A DNA stretch of 64,000 bases from Eledone cirrhosa (GCA_964016885.1 OZ024740.1:161448001-161512000), one strand, 5' to 3'; numbered from the stretch's first letter, positions 1 through 14,499 are shown. Translations and numbers: made by a program. Notes: generated by a model from the sequence alone, not told the origin.

Positions 1-636
1 AAGATGTGTGTGTGTGTGTATGTGTGTGTGTGTGTGTCTGAGTTTGAATTCCTAAAACACGAGAAGTACCCAACCGACTTTTTTCAAACTTTACATGTGT
101 ATTACTTATCTTTCAGGGAGTGTTATGCACATAAAAAATTCAACTTTTTGATACTCTAGGGCCCGCATTAGTTGAAAATCTGCGTGTTTTCAGGGTTTTA
201 GGGTTTTTTGAGTCGTTACGTCAGACTGATTTCCTTGAAATTGTAACTATGTATTAGTCAGTCTCTTCATCATACCGTGAGCAAAGAAAATCCAACTTTT
301 TTATGGTCTAGGGCTCGCATTAGGTGAAAAACTTCATTTTTTCAGCTTTTTAGGGCTTTTTTGAGGCGTTACCTCTAGCCGATTTTCCCGAAATTTCAAG
401 GCATATTATGCACATTAAAAAAATTCATTTTCTTGATCCCCTAGGGCCCGCATTAGAGGAAAACCTGCATTTTTCCTGCTTTATCGAGGAAAATCTTAAA
501 GATTATCCAGCCATCAGAGTATTTGGTTTATTTTCTTTACATATTGTCCACGCATGCAGTTTTTCCACGATTAAGTCTGTTGGCAGCCTACGTTCCAAAA
601 TACCTTATCCGGTGCAACGCCGGGTACCACTGCTAG
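1..636 (+). mobile_element. Non-autonomous Helitron-like element, 3' part (5' end before window)
   Basis: Hairpin CCGGTG-CAA-CGCCGG (609-623) followed 9 nt later by CTAG (633-636) then T, the canonical Helitron 3' end. Three diverged internal repeats containing CTAGGGC(C/T)CGCATTAG near 156, 308 and 441. Confidence 0.6.
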
Positions 637-725
637 TAGTCAATATAAGTAAGTTCAAGAAATATTTCTGGTATATTTCAATATTATTCATCGGTGAAAC
701 AAAACCGTTACCTTTGCTTGCCAAA

Positions 726-870
726 GTAGAAGGTGGGCGTAGTCGTTAGAGCGTAGGCTGACATACCTGACGTTACTTTTTCCGACTCTCTGTTCTCTGA
801 GTTCAAATCTTGCCGAAGTCAATGTAGGTTCGATCAAATAAAGAAGCAGTCTATGATGGTGGATTTGCAG
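726..870 (+). mobile_element. Diverged tRNA-derived SINE
   Basis: A-box-like GGCGTAGTCGTTAGAGCG and B-box-like GAGTTCAAATC. Homologous to the reverse complement of the SINE copies at 8097 and 26596. Boundaries approximate. Confidence 0.5.
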
Positions 871-1799
871 AATTGATGGCATTTGTTCTGGATCTTTTCA
901 TTCGGAGTTCAAATCATTCTGTAATTTACTTGTGACCAGAACTCCAGATTGCGAGTACCTTCTTCTTCTCGCCAGTCTCGGGAGCACTAAAAGTGGAGAT
1001 AAGGACAGTTCGTCGCCATTTAACTAAGCAGTAAAAAGAAAAGGATGACGATTCGAGATTATATATTTTTTTTTTTTTTTCATTTTCCATCTAAATATTT
1101 AAATAAGTGTCTGTCATAATTATATCTTGTTTCTAATTACAGCTTTATTTTTAAATGTTATCTTACAATATGTAGCACACGTCGTATAATGCACCTGCTT
1201 CCTACCCCACCCACCCTCTCTCTCTCTCTCTCTGTAGCAGTTTGTGTTGCTAGTCAATCTTGCAACAAGACAAATTGATGTCTAAATATTCTAAACATGT
1301 GAAGTAGTTTTTGAACTGAATAATTATAATTTAAACAAAAATAGTCATCCAAAACTGTTATTTATAGATAATTTAGTGTTAACTTATTTAATAGATAACT
1401 AAAAAAAAATAATATGAGGATGATGATAGTTAGGGAAAGGGGATTAGATGCGTGGGGTAAATCCCAATTATTGGTACAGGCAGGTTTTTGAGGTTTTGAG
1501 ATAGGATTGAAAACGGTGATTAGTGCAGGACTTGAAAGAGGAGTGTGAGACACAGTAATGAGAAGCGAAAGAGGTGGGAAGGGAATGTTATGTGAGCTTA
1601 GTTGAAAGCGTTAACAACTATCTAAGAAAAACATGGAGTGAACAGTTGCCATATTTGTGGTCTAGAGGTTGGATTTTGTTAGATCCAAAGTGGAATGTAT
1701 CCTCAGTGGTTTTCATTTTGTAACAAAAAGATGGGACAATACGTGCTGAAAGGTATTTAACTCACTCCACTGTACTTTATATTGATTACATGGTCACGT

Positions 1800-2810
1800 G
1801 TTTTAAAGGAGGGTATTATCATTTAGATTAACCTCAATAATTGACTAATACTTTATTTTGTCGAACTCAACGACGAAATTAGCCTCACTGGAATGTGAAC
1901 TCAGTATGTAAATTACGATGACCAAATAATTGTCAAATTTAGGCAAAAGACCTGTAATTTGGAGAGAGGGGAATTTTATTATATCAACCCAGTGCTTGAC
2001 TGGAACTTTATTTCATTGACCTCAAAAAGGATGAAAGGCAAAGTTGGCCTCGGTGGGATTTGAAATCAGATCATAAAGGATCGTAACTAAGTGCGGCAAA
2101 GCTTTTGCCAATCCACCGCCTTCGCCGTAACTAATTATTTCTAACAAAGGCATGGGGCCAGCAATTTGGGAGAAGAGGAAGGTCCATTATACCCACACCA
2201 CCACTTAACTGGTACTTTATTTTACCGACACCGGAAGGGTGAAAGTCACAATTGACCTCGATAGAATTTAAACGCAGAACACAAAGGTCTAACTAAATGC
2301 CGCTTAGCATTTTGTTTGACGCTTTATGATTCAAAGAACCCACCACACTCACTGAAACTAAATTATGTAAGGCTATAAGGATTATGCTAATTCACTGCCC
2401 TTAATATCAACATTGATTTTGAACCCAAGCACTAAGCTAGAAATTTAAAGTAAGAGAACAGTAAATTATATTACCTCTAATATTTTACTTATACGTATTA
2501 TATAAACCTGTGGAAGTTTCGAAAGTAAAATTGACATCAGCAAGATTTGAACTCAGAAAATACTTCAGGAATTTATTAAATGTTCTAACGATTCTGCAAA
2601 CCCACCATTCTATAATTTCTAACCCAGGTACAATGTTTCGAATTTGGGGGAGAGTTCTAATCGATTATATAGATGGCGGTACTTGATTAGTAGTTCATTT
2701 CATCGACTCCAACGCTCCCTTAAAATAAAAGTCAATGTTTTCCTCGGTGGAATTAGAACTCAGTACGTAAGCGATCGTAACTAAATACTGCAACACATCT
2801 CGTCGAATGC
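1800..2810 (-). mobile_element. Cluster of about 5 diverged copies of the same tRNA-derived SINE
   Basis: Repeated variants of TACTTTATTTTATCGAC...GAAAGGCAAAGT..CCTCGG.GG.ATTTGAACTCAG near 1850, 2005, 2215, 2490 and 2695. Confidence 0.65.
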
Positions 2811-3519
2811 TAATTCGATGCTCTTAATATTAGTATTAATGAGAATTTTTAAAATAGATATGTGTATGATGTTTGCATGAAAGTTTACAACTGATGTAGC
2901 TGAGAGAGGTTTAATAAGATTGTCCGACCTGCTGAAAATAGCAGTAAAATTCTTGTCGAATCATATTCTACTGTCTTTAAAAAATAGAATTTAATTCAGC
3001 TTACAGCATACCTTTAAAGAAAGCATCATGGTCACAGATCGAACGGCTTTCCACATAGATCTTTTCAATCAGAATTGATATATTGATAAACAACCACAAT
3101 GACATCAACTACTACTGCCCCTGCTGCTGATGATGTTGTTGTTGCTACTCTCAACTGCAATTCTTACATGAGATAATCTAAATTGGATTTAATGTGACAT
3201 TTTCCAGACATTTTAAAACTATAACAGCTGTAAACTCTATACGAGATTGTAAGCCAAAGAAGGAACTTAAACATACTTCCTCGATGTAAGAGAACAGTCT
3301 CTATAAAATCACGCCATACAGTCTGAGATAAAAGAACAACAAATAAAGACATATTAGATATGCTAAGGTAAAATCTTGTCTTGCATATACTGAAAAATAA
3401 AAGACGTAATTATTACTATTAAAACACTTTTGATTATAGGTTTGTTCAAGGCTGACCTATGGCCAACCAACATACATAGGATATCTCAACTATATATAAT
3501 ATGTAAAACCTTTCATCAT

Positions 3520-3800
3520 TTTGCCTAGAGAAAAAAAGGAAGTGCATGAGAGGCATATTCGCATTGATAAGGTCACAGGTTGTGACGAAAAGATTCTGTG
3601 CCGAAAGTAGTTAATTGCTTAGATTTTTAATTAATTAACTAATTAACTGATTATCTAATTGTTTAATAATAAAACTGAAGTGAAATAACAACCAACGTGT
3701 GCATTTTTATTGACAGTATTGTACGCTCAAAGTATAGCAGTACCTGTTTTGACTCAATTTTACATCAAGAATCCTGCAAAGCAAATACGAAATTGAGAAA
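3520..3800 (+). mobile_element. Diverged copy of HHR-bearing non-coding family A
   Basis: TTGATAA-G-GTCACA-GGT-TGTGAC-GAAA at 3564-3590. Downstream blocks (TGAAGTGAAA, CAAAGTATAGCA, AAGAATCCTGC) align by eye with 7380-7500. Confidence 0.6.
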
Positions 3801-5445
3801 CAAATATTGGTCCCGTACAATCCTGATGTATACATTTATTAAAGTGTAACATTAAGTGATCGTGTTGTCATCTTACGTATTTTACAGCTCCCCAGTTAAC
3901 TGAAGCCAAATCATCTTTATCTGCTCCACTGAAAATCTTTGCCATCAGTTGTTTAAATACTAATCAGCCCTGATCAAACATCATAGATAAAAGGCGTCCC
4001 AGTCGTGATCATCACTTACTTTTCGCAAGCAATAGGGACTCTAGGGCTACATTGTTTAATGTGTATTTCCATTTTTAAGATGGTAAGAGTATCATTTTAG
4101 AGCTATTTATCTGCTATTTCTCTCAAGCTAAACAACATAATAGCTAGTTCTTGCTTTATAGCCAACGCGTCAGACTTACGACATGTTTTTAATAAATATT
4201 TTATGAAATAAGTCAATAATTTACTATCTGCTGTTGTCGTGTTCCTGTCTAGCCATTATACTGCTTCCTTTTGACATAAGTAATATAGTGTACGTATCTT
4301 GACATAATGATTTCTAATTTAGGAGGAAGAGCAAAGTTGATTAATTCAACTGCAGTACATGATAATGTAAAGTGTCCTAACTCTTGATGGACTCGTGGGT
4401 ATTTCAAACCTCGTCGAAACTATCCCTCTCCAGGTCGTACCATGCCGATTTCTTCCAAAGAAAGAATCAATCTCAGTACTAGACTGCTAGCTTATTTATT
4501 GACTTTGAAAGACGGAATGGCAAAGTTGTCCCCCAAGGAATTTGAACTTAGAATCTAAAACGCTAGACAAATACTGTTATGGTCTTTTATCCGACACTCT
4601 CCCAATTCTGTCAATACATGCAGGCCTCTAACATCAATTCCTCCGGCTTCAGAACTCGGGAAAACTCACACCGGCGATGGATTGATGGAGTCGCTCCACA
4701 CCCACAACATGACACTACTTCAGTCATCACACCTTGCAACAGATAATCAACTTCACCTTGCCACGACACTATCCTAGTAGAAGCAAACGGAAAATATAAA
4801 TGCAACGTTATACGTCATCATATTGGATCAGCCAATTGAGGGACCTCTGTTTGATTCCTTGACTTGATAGAAATAGCAGCCAAAATCTTTTCGATTCAAA
4901 CGCCTCCATTTTTAAAGAAAGAGAAACATAGGATAATATAACCCTGGACACATTGTATCTAAAAACAAAAATGACAAGATGGTTAAAGATATCCTTAAAA
5001 TGGCTACGTAAGATTACAGCGACTGTAATTCCAATTCATATAAATTTTCAAATGAAATAGACAGAAACCACCTACCCTGCATGAAATAGTTAGAAGTATC
5101 TCTCGGATCCTAGTGTATCATTCCTATAACTTTTCTTAGTACACATTTTCCTTTTCTTACTAAACTTTGATAAAGGATTCCATCCGAATTGTCAGGTCCG
5201 TTCTTTACTTTCTATAAGATGTAAATATTTCTATTGCCACGCGTTGTCTTATTATTGCGCAAACGTTTTCTCACGTTTTCACATTTTTTTATCTGGTTTT
5301 AACTTTTATGCTTTAACTTTTGCTTCACCGTTCTTTTGTGGCAACCACACACACACACTCATACATATATATTATTTGTTTATGCCCACACACGCACACA
5401 CAAACACACACACACGTATATATATATATATAAATACATATATAA

Positions 5446-6369
5446 AACGAAGGAAGTGTGCTAAGGAACCAGGTGGTCGGAACGGCCAGAGCTCAGCCGT
5501 CGGGGTCCTGACACTTTTCCTATATATATATATATATCATCATCATCATCATCACCGTTTTACGTCCGTTCTTCCACGCTAGCATGGGTTAGACGGGTTG
5601 TCTTGTTGTGTGCAGTGTCTGGTCGGCTGACCATGCCTTGCTCATACAGGAACTGATCTGGCTTGATTTCTACAGCTGGATGCCCTTCCTAACACCAACC
5701 TCATTTACAGTGAGTGCTGGGTGCTTTTTCGTGGCGCCTACACGTCCACTTTACAGTGTGGGCTGGGTGCTTTTTTGCCGTGGCACCTCCACGACCACCT
5801 TGCGGTGGGGGGTGTGGGGGCATATTTTTTATATGCTTCAGCATGTACCCATGGGAGGTCGGGTACTCTGTATTACTGCGTGACGCCAGAAGTCACGGTC
5901 GTGTGTCATTGTCTTTGAGAGGTGTAATTGGGTAAGGTCGGCTTTTATCACCTCATCCCAGGTCATCTTGGGTCTCCCCACTCCGCGGTTTCCATCGACT
6001 TCTAGTGCTCTGCACCTTTTTATGCAGCTGTCATCCTTCATACGCATCACATGTCCATACCAGCGCAACCGCCTCTCCTGCACACAGCATTTGATTCCTC
6101 TTATGCTCAGTCTCTCTCTCAATTCATTTATGCTTTGTCGTTCACGTATATTACTGTTACACATCCATTGGAGCATGCAGGCTTCGTTTCTCTCTAATCT
6201 ACGTAAGTCTTCCACCTTCAGCGCCCAGGTCTCACTACCATGCAACATCGCTGTTCGGATACATGCATCATGGGGTTAAACATTTTCCTATTACCCACTC
6301 TACTACCCTAAGTATTGAGCACTCTGGTGCGTTATGGTCCATCTGGCTCCTTACCACACGTCCTTCGTT
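5446..6369 (+). mobile_element. Family C short element (HHR 3' half, inverted 5' end) interrupted by an RTE fragment
   Basis: 5446-5476 is an inverted copy of the family 3' end. 5480-5521 reads GAACGGC...GCCGTC-GGGGTCC. The element resumes at 6280 and ends CCTTCGTT-(TA)n at 6369. Homologous to 27024-27231. Confidence 0.65.
5537..6270 (-). mobile_element. 5'-truncated RTE-type LINE (C-terminal ORF fragment, 3' UTR, (ATG)n tail)
   Basis: ORF 5838-6248 has LHGSETW..., RRLRWYGHVMRM and GRPKMTW, typical of the RTE post-RT region. (CAT)n at 5537-5554 on + is the tail. Confidence 0.8.
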
Positions 6370-6440
6370 ATATATATATATATATATATACAAATATATG
6401 TATATGTATATATATATATACACACATATACATATATATA

Positions 6441-6490
<50 letters not shown>

Positions 6491-7114
6491 TGTGTATATA
6501 TATAATAGTATTTATACTTATATATATATATATATAATCTATATACAGTTATGAATAAGAAAAGGTAACATTCTGTATTACCCAATTACCAGTAAGAAAA
6601 TTAGCTCAATGTAAATTATCAGATGTATTACAGCGCAGAAATACAAAATATAAAACAATCAAATGTTTGTTTAATGCATATTTAAACGAAGCCTGGATAA
6701 ATGACGAGATTGTCATGGTCATATCGATTTTGATTATAGGTTTACTCAATCAGGTTTGACATGGAAATAAATAGCAACATCAAGAACTTCATCGCCTACT
6801 ACTACTTTGAAGCAGTACATTAGGAACCCACGTAGTAATGAAATTAGCAAACATAAGACCTACATATGGATAACAAGCCTAAAGGATAATGTCAAAAATA
6901 CATGATGTGGAATCTGACATTTAGATTTATCGTAAGGTGTAAGATGAAACATAATTTTATTGCAAACTAATTACATCTTATCAAAAAAAAAAGGATAAGG
7001 TTTAATAAATGAGAATGGAGATTTAACATAAGGTTTTATTTAGATGAATCATTTACATAAAATATTATATATATATTACTTTTATGTAAATATATATATA
7101 TATATTATATATAT

Positions 7115-7620
<506 letters not shown>

Positions 7621-7732
7621 TTAGTAAAAGGAAAGAAAATGCTGACAAATTGTTCCCAGGGAAAAATAGTTTAATTAGGAATAAGTAAAAATTAGTAATA
7701 AGTATTGGTTAGTATTCAGTTTTAGTTTTAAG

Positions 7733-7768
7733 TTTTTACCGGTTGCGCATTTCTAATGCTTTTCAAAA
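7733..7768 (-). ncRNA. Degenerate hammerhead motif related to 18010-18047
   Basis: Minus strand TTGAAAA-GCATT-AGA-AATGC-GCAA-CCGG-TA. GAAA is mutated to GCAA, so it is probably inactive. Confidence 0.5.
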
Positions 7769-7849
7769 TAATTTTGAGATAGAGCCCCCGTGATGTTTGC
7801 TCTAATCTGTGTACATATATATATATATATAAAGAGAGAGAGAGAGAGG

Positions 7850-7920
<71 letters not shown>

Positions 7921-8096
7921 TGAGGGGATATTTATATATATATATATATATATTAACATATTTTCATGATTTACATATGTAAATTAACTGTATTTACATA
8001 AGGTTTCTATGTAGATAAATGTAGATAAGCTGTAAGGTGAAAATAAATTCACCGCAAATCAAACATATCGTTTGAAAAATAATATCCAAAAATAAT

Positions 8097-8308
8097 GGTT
8101 TCTAATTTAGGCACAAGGCCAGCAATTTGGGGAGGGGAAAGTCTATTAAATCGACCCCAGTGTATTACTACTACTTTATTTTATCGATCCTGTAAGGATG
8201 AAAGGCAAAGCTAACATCGGTGGGATATGAACACAGAACGTAGATGGCCGTAACTCTATACTGCGAAGCATGTTGCCGGACGCTCTACCGATTCTGTCGA
8301 TCCACCAC
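8097..8308 (-). mobile_element. tRNA-derived SINE, near full length
   Basis: Minus strand: GTGGATCGACAGAATCGGTAGAGCG (A-box-like), GTTCATATCCC (B-box-like), then CTTTGCCTTTCATCCTTACAGGATCGATAAAATAAAGTA and CCTTGTGCCTAAATTAGAAA. Confidence 0.8.
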
Positions 8309-8619
8309 GGTGGTGGTCTGCGTCAGCAAAAATTAAACAGTTATGTTCATGACTTCAGATACGTTTTTATATTGTGGAAAGAGGGATGAAGATAACACTA
8401 AGAATATAATCAATAAGAAGTGATGGTGAGGAGAGACGTTTAAAGATATGAATCGAGAGCAGAGTATGGTGGGGTGGAAGGCATTAGCAAATTCACGTCT
8501 TGTACTGTCAGTATAAATTTCGGTGTGTATGTGAATGTATATTGCAATCAATACCACATATCTCAGCTGGAATTCCCATCTTGTATCATTGTGAAGGGAA
8601 TATTTTCTACATTCAAGGC

Positions 8620-9450
8620 GTAGAACAATTGGAAAAATCAGTCTTTTCTTCTTCTGCGATTCAATGTTTAAACTATCGGAGTGCACAGTCCTGAGGATCT
8701 GCAGGCTATCGCACCCATATTTGTGAATGTGTATGAACTTTTGGGGTTAACATTGAAATTATGAAGTTGTTGGGTGTACTCTTCACTAGGAATAAAAACA
8801 TGCTCTTTTCTAACTGAAATTCTCGACAACTCAATGGAAAAAGTTGACCATTCTGCTACCATCAAAGTATCTACAATACGGATTAAATTTCAAATAACAT
8901 TCTTCTTACTCTTGCTGCATTCGGAAAACTGTACAAGAGTTTTTGTGGATACCGTTTACAAAGCAATTATTCTCAAAATCCCTTTTACATAAGTGAAGCC
9001 TTGATATTTTATCCAGATGTCATAAAATGTTTGGACTGTTTCCATCTGACAGAACTGCGGCCAATCCTATGTATACACGCTGCTAAAGATTACATTACGA
9101 ATAACGAAATTCTTAATCAAACCAGGCTGAGCACTATTGGGGCTAAAATGTTATGTCACTACCAACTATAAGTTAGCCACATTCAAAGAGTATCGGATCA
9201 TCGACTAATAAACTTATATGCGAAGATTTGCAAGAACGAACGCGTCGAGTAAGAGTTGAGAGGTAACGATGCATGGATTAGCTTAGGCGTACTTTTAGAA
9301 AAATAAATATTGAAGATTCCTAAAGATGGTTGTGCATCAGACCGTCCCCTCATCAGAAGAATTAGCCAGGCGGGACACAATTTATCTGAATATGGATTTA
9401 GACAGGAGATGTCATTAGAAGAAAGCAGACCGATGAAAAGGATTGTTAGA
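8620..9450 (+). pseudogene. Highly degraded RTE-like reverse transcriptase remnant
   Basis: Translation near 8683 gives HSPEDLQAIAPIFVNVYELLGLTL, resembling AHTESDMQHILNAFSDACTALGLTV in the RTE at 39.1-39.2 kb. Many stops; boundaries approximate. Confidence 0.4.
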
Positions 9451-10127
9451 CGCAGCTACAACTCAGTTCTCATGGCCTCATTGTTAACATTCTGTTAACT
9501 ACAAATAGACGTATGCAGCCATTTTAAGGCACAGTTAATTTCAGTGGTATCATATATATATATATATATGAAGAAACGATTGTCAGCTATTAAATGATTT
9601 GAACACAACTTTGATAATTGTCTAATTTATTTATTTTCCTGCTCTGTAAAACAAATCATGTTCTTTCATTGAGCTATTTCTCTTACTGGTAATCAGGTAG
9701 TAGGAAATTACTGACCTTTCCTGTTTATAGTTGTTTATAGTATATACATAACTATAAATAGTATTATTATTATATATACATATATATATATAGATTCTTA
9801 GCCATTTTTAAATCTATTTCTGGCGGGATCGCTTTGGAAAATTAACTGTCCTATTGAGTTTGTCTCCTGGTGAGTTCGATACTCGAGATTTATCCTTAAT
9901 AGGATATCTGAAAATACGAACGAAACCATGGTAGGGATATAATTACGGTATGTACACATTTCTTCTAACTTTAAATTTATACCTAAGTGTGTATGGTTGA
10001 CGATATATTTGGTCAGTTTCTACATGCTGTTGAAATGTTGGGTAAATACTCTATTGTGGTCAACCGCGAGGAGGCTGCTTTCGGTTATTTATCAAATATT
10101 TCTTCATAATTCTAAGGACATGATATA

Positions 10128-10190
<63 letters not shown>

Positions 10191-10219
10191 AATCAGGTTG
10201 GATTCAGTTTGAAACTTTT

Positions 10220-10382
10220 TAGACCATTACTCACCAGAGTACTCGATACTTTGTGTAATATAGAATGGTTACCTTATAAAGAGTCGGGACTCCGACGGCT
10301 GAGCTCTTGCTGTTTTAACAGCTAGCTCTGAAACTAGCTGTTGAAACGGCAAGAGTTCAGCCGTCGGTGTCCCGACTCTTTA
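10220..10382. mobile_element. Diverged family C copy with 106-bp imperfect palindrome
   Basis: Arms 10277-10325 and 10334-10382 around the loop CTCTGAAA. The right arm has GAAACGGC-AAGAGTTCA-GCCGTC. Confidence 0.7.
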
Positions 10383-10853
10383 CTATTATATATATGTGTG
10401 TGTGCGCGCGCGCGTGTGTGTGTGGGTGGGTGTGGGTGTGTTTTGGGATTACCTGTATTTCGGTTTGATGCACTTACTTGATAATTTAACCTCATATTCA
10501 ACAGAATCTTACCTTTAAAGATTAAAACTTTCAAGTAGCAAATAACCAAAACTGAAACAACTGTAGCATATAGTCCTGAAAAGTGGCGCAATCTTCTGAC
10601 ATTACGCATATTTCTAAAGCATTTATGAACAATTGTTTCAATATATGCAACATGTTTATTTTCATAATAAATTTACAATTTAATTACATGTAATCAATCA
10701 CCGGTGCACTTACTATTAAGATTTAAATTATCATTAATATATAAATTAAATTTTAACAAAGAGAACACGATTTATTTTCAAAAAGCATTTAAACTTAATA
10801 TAAACACGAAAATAAATCTAATTCAAAAGTCAGAGATATTTAATTATTCACGC

Positions 10854-10996
<143 letters not shown>

Positions 10997-11547
10997 TGTT
11001 TGCTAACCTGTAGAGTGCATGTACTTTTGTATGTGTGTAAATGGATTTCTACTATTTCCTTTCGCTATCAGTATAATATATTCCTATGTAGATGTGTGTG
11101 TATGCGTGGTTTTAAATCTAGATTTGTTGTTAAATACGTGTGCAAATGATCCACAGCATCTTTGTGAGTGTGTCTGCATGTGATATGAATAAATACAGGC
11201 GTGTGAAAAATGTCTGCATTGTGATATGAATGAATTCATGTGTGTGAGTGTGTACGAGTGCGTATCTATATTTCTACGCCCGCGTTTCAGAATAAGACAA
11301 AGATGTAGAGAGAAAGGGGTTTAAGTGGCAGTACATGTATGAATGTTAATTGAATATACATATGTGATATGTGAAATTTTACAAAAGGAATAAAAGTATA
11401 TACCAGTGTACATGTATATAGATTTCCCTCAGTCATTTGTCTTAATAATAAACGCAATCTATGCGCAGATATTTGTGTGATAGACGGAGAGCTAGCGATG
11501 TAGGGATAAATAGGTATACATTACTCATATATGTATATATCTATATC

Positions 11548-11695
<148 letters not shown>

Positions 11696-12133
11696 CATAT
11701 ATATATATACATATGGTGGCTGCCAACTCGTTTTCGAGTACGGCCACTACTTTATATCCATGTAGGATAACCCCTACCGATGCGCTGAACGAGTGTGACT
11801 TTTCAGTCCAGCCAGTGACTTGAAAACTCTGGTACAAACACTACACTTGTGACAATTATTGACACATAGTGCTGGGCCCATCGTACCATGTGAGGACAAG
11901 TGCAGAGAGATCTCCAGATATAAAGCAATGCCTGTGCCGTGAAGCTTTTATAGTGAGCAAAGGCACTGCACAAAGCCAGTCCCACTCTCTTAACCAAGAT
12001 GATATTTACCAAAAAGAAGAACAAGTCAACATCATTGGATACCATCAGAGTTGCAGGTGTTATATCAGAATTTTCCTTCTCCTAGAATTCTGCCTTGACA
12101 AAGGCTAAGGGGTCATCTCTCCCATATATATAC

Positions 12134-12171
<38 letters not shown>

Positions 12172-12173
<2 letters not shown>

Positions 12174-13795
12174 CTTCCTCTTACAGACCCACACTCCCCC
12201 CGGCCTGATCTCCCGACTCTTATTCCTTTTGCCTTCGACCCCCCCCCACACACACACATATGCCCCACTAACACCACTAACACACCCCTCCTTTTCACCG
12301 CCCAACCCACAACTAACAATACTAACACCTCCACTCCACCCCTCATCTGACCACCCTTCCCCAACTAACATACTAACATCCCTCCCTTCTTCTCCTCCCC
12401 CCTCCTTATCACACGCACACACACACCGGCACATATATACACGCGCTCACACTAAACACACACCCTACTACCACCACTAACCCTCACCCCCACACCTCCA
12501 TCCCACCACCCCGCAACTAACCTCACTAACACCCCCTAACCCTAAGCACACGAACACACGCACCCACTTACACCACCCACACCACACGCAACTAACATCA
12601 CTAACACCCCCCAACCCCACGCACACGTACCCACACACCCTCGTATACCACCAACTCTACACACCCTACCACCACTAACCCCCACTCACACCTGCATTCA
12701 ACCCTTTCCCCACCTCCCGTATACTAACACCCACTAACACCCCCTTCATCAAACTACACACACCAGTACACCACACTCCCTCCATAGAACTACACACACC
12801 TTTCTCTCCCCGCTCCACCCACACCCTCGCTCCACACTCACTCATCCCACTAACACCTCTACTAATACACACACACACACCCTCCTCACTCCAACTTTCA
12901 CACCTACCCATCCTCGCCCCTTTACCTTTCCACCCGACTGCTGCTTTGCCCTCTGACCACCTCCCAGCACAAACAGACACACAGCACTCCCACCGCTTGA
13001 CCACTTCCTGTTGCGCGCGCACCCCACATCTCTCCTCTTCCGACCATCTCTTCATGGAATACTCGTATGTGGAACTTGACCACCACGGAATCTACTAAAC
13101 ATCATAGGATTTTACCAACATTTCAACCATCCTCTTACGGAATCACCTATATAACTCACCCACACACATACCCCAAAAAATTCTTTTTCTCCCACACGCC
13201 ACCTACACCCACAACACGTTTAAACCCCACACACACGTGCTTTCCACCACATATTTATACCCTCAGCCTCCTGATTCCTCGCCCCCACCCCTCTATCCAC
13301 ACACGCACAGACACTCCGACCTACAACCCCCTCCCCCCCCCCACACCTCTTCCTGAACATGCAACCCCGTTCTTCCCCAACCCTTACTTTCACATACACA
13401 CACACACACACGTACATATACACACACACACCACCTTCAGCGCTCCCCGCTCTGACACCCCGTCTCCCTCTCCCCACTCCACCCGTTTTACCCCTTTTTA
13501 ATTTCAGTTTATTTTGATCATGCTTTTATATTTATTTTTATTTCATTCCTTTTATTTTGATCATGCTTTATTTTTATTTTTATTTTTAATTTCATTCGCA
13601 CCGTTTCCTTTCGCTATATGTCTCTCCACCACTCCAATACACACCCTTTGAACTCTGTTCCCACACACTTCTCACCTGAGGAAGGGCTTATGCCCGAAAC
13701 GTCGTTCCCCACCACCACCCGACTCTCCAGAGCGTGAAATTAATAGACATTCGTTGTACTGCCTCTCTGTTTTGTTCCTGTTCAAATTTTTCCAT
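12172..13795 (+). mobile_element. 3' remnant of a Penelope-like element (last codons, long C/A-rich UTR, HHR)
   Basis: 12172-12210 encodes IFLLQTHTPPGLI, resembling the PLE endonuclease C-terminal IFxLxTxxPxGLN motif. HHR at 13674-13705. (TA)n on both sides. Confidence 0.55.
13674..13705 (+). ncRNA. Minimal hammerhead ribozyme motif
   Basis: AC-CTGAGGA-A-GGGC-TTAT-GCCC-GAAAC-GTC-GT. Palindromic ACGT in place of stem III, GUC cleavage triplet, but stem I is only 2 bp. Confidence 0.65.
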
Positions 13796-13842
<47 letters not shown>

Positions 13843-13846
<4 letters not shown>

Positions 13847-14086
13847 TGTTATACTTGGGGAGGGTCATATTTGTGTAATAATATTCCCAGAATTAATAAC
13901 AGAACACATTCACTGTTTGGTTGGTTTTCGCTTCTGTGTCTTTTATATCGGTTAATTTAATTTATTCGGTCCTCAATGTTACCATTGACTGACCAACGGT
14001 CAAAAATACAGATGTAATATAGACACAAACACATATATATAGTCTAACAAAGTTCTTTCGTTGCACATCTGCAACATCGTCAGTGT
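13843..14086 (-). mobile_element. Family A subfamily copy with HHR at 14047-14086
   Basis: Reverse complement aligns with 36215-36450. Minus-strand HHR: ACA-CTGACGA-T-GTTGCA-GATG-TGCAAC-GAAA-GAAC-TT-TGT. Confidence 0.75.
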
Positions 14087-14150
14087 ATATATATATATAC
14101 ATATATACATATACATATATATAAGTATGTATAATATACTTATACATATA

Positions 14151-14295
<145 letters not shown>

Positions 14296-14296
14296 G

Positions 14297-14381
<85 letters not shown>

Positions 14382-14401
14382 GTATATATATATATATATA
14401 C

Positions 14402-14499
<98 letters not shown>

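Noticed and set aside
408-749. 113-aa ORF
   Set aside because: It crosses the Helitron-like end into unrelated sequence and has no recognisable motif.
5164-5197. TTGATAA-A-GGAT-TCC-ATCC-GAAT hammerhead-like string
   Set aside because: GAAA is broken and stems I and III are weak. It could be a decayed HHR but is not supportable from one copy.
8097-8308. tRNA gene
   Set aside because: A/B-box-like motifs are present but there is no cloverleaf; it is a dispersed SINE head.
10445-10505. Minus-strand GGTT...AACC-GAAA motif
   Set aside because: There is no proper CUGANGA or UUGANAA core at the right spacing.
11714-12110. Possible LINE UTR fragment; its start resembles 37731-37770
   Set aside because: It is probably a repeat, but I could not assign family or orientation with confidence.
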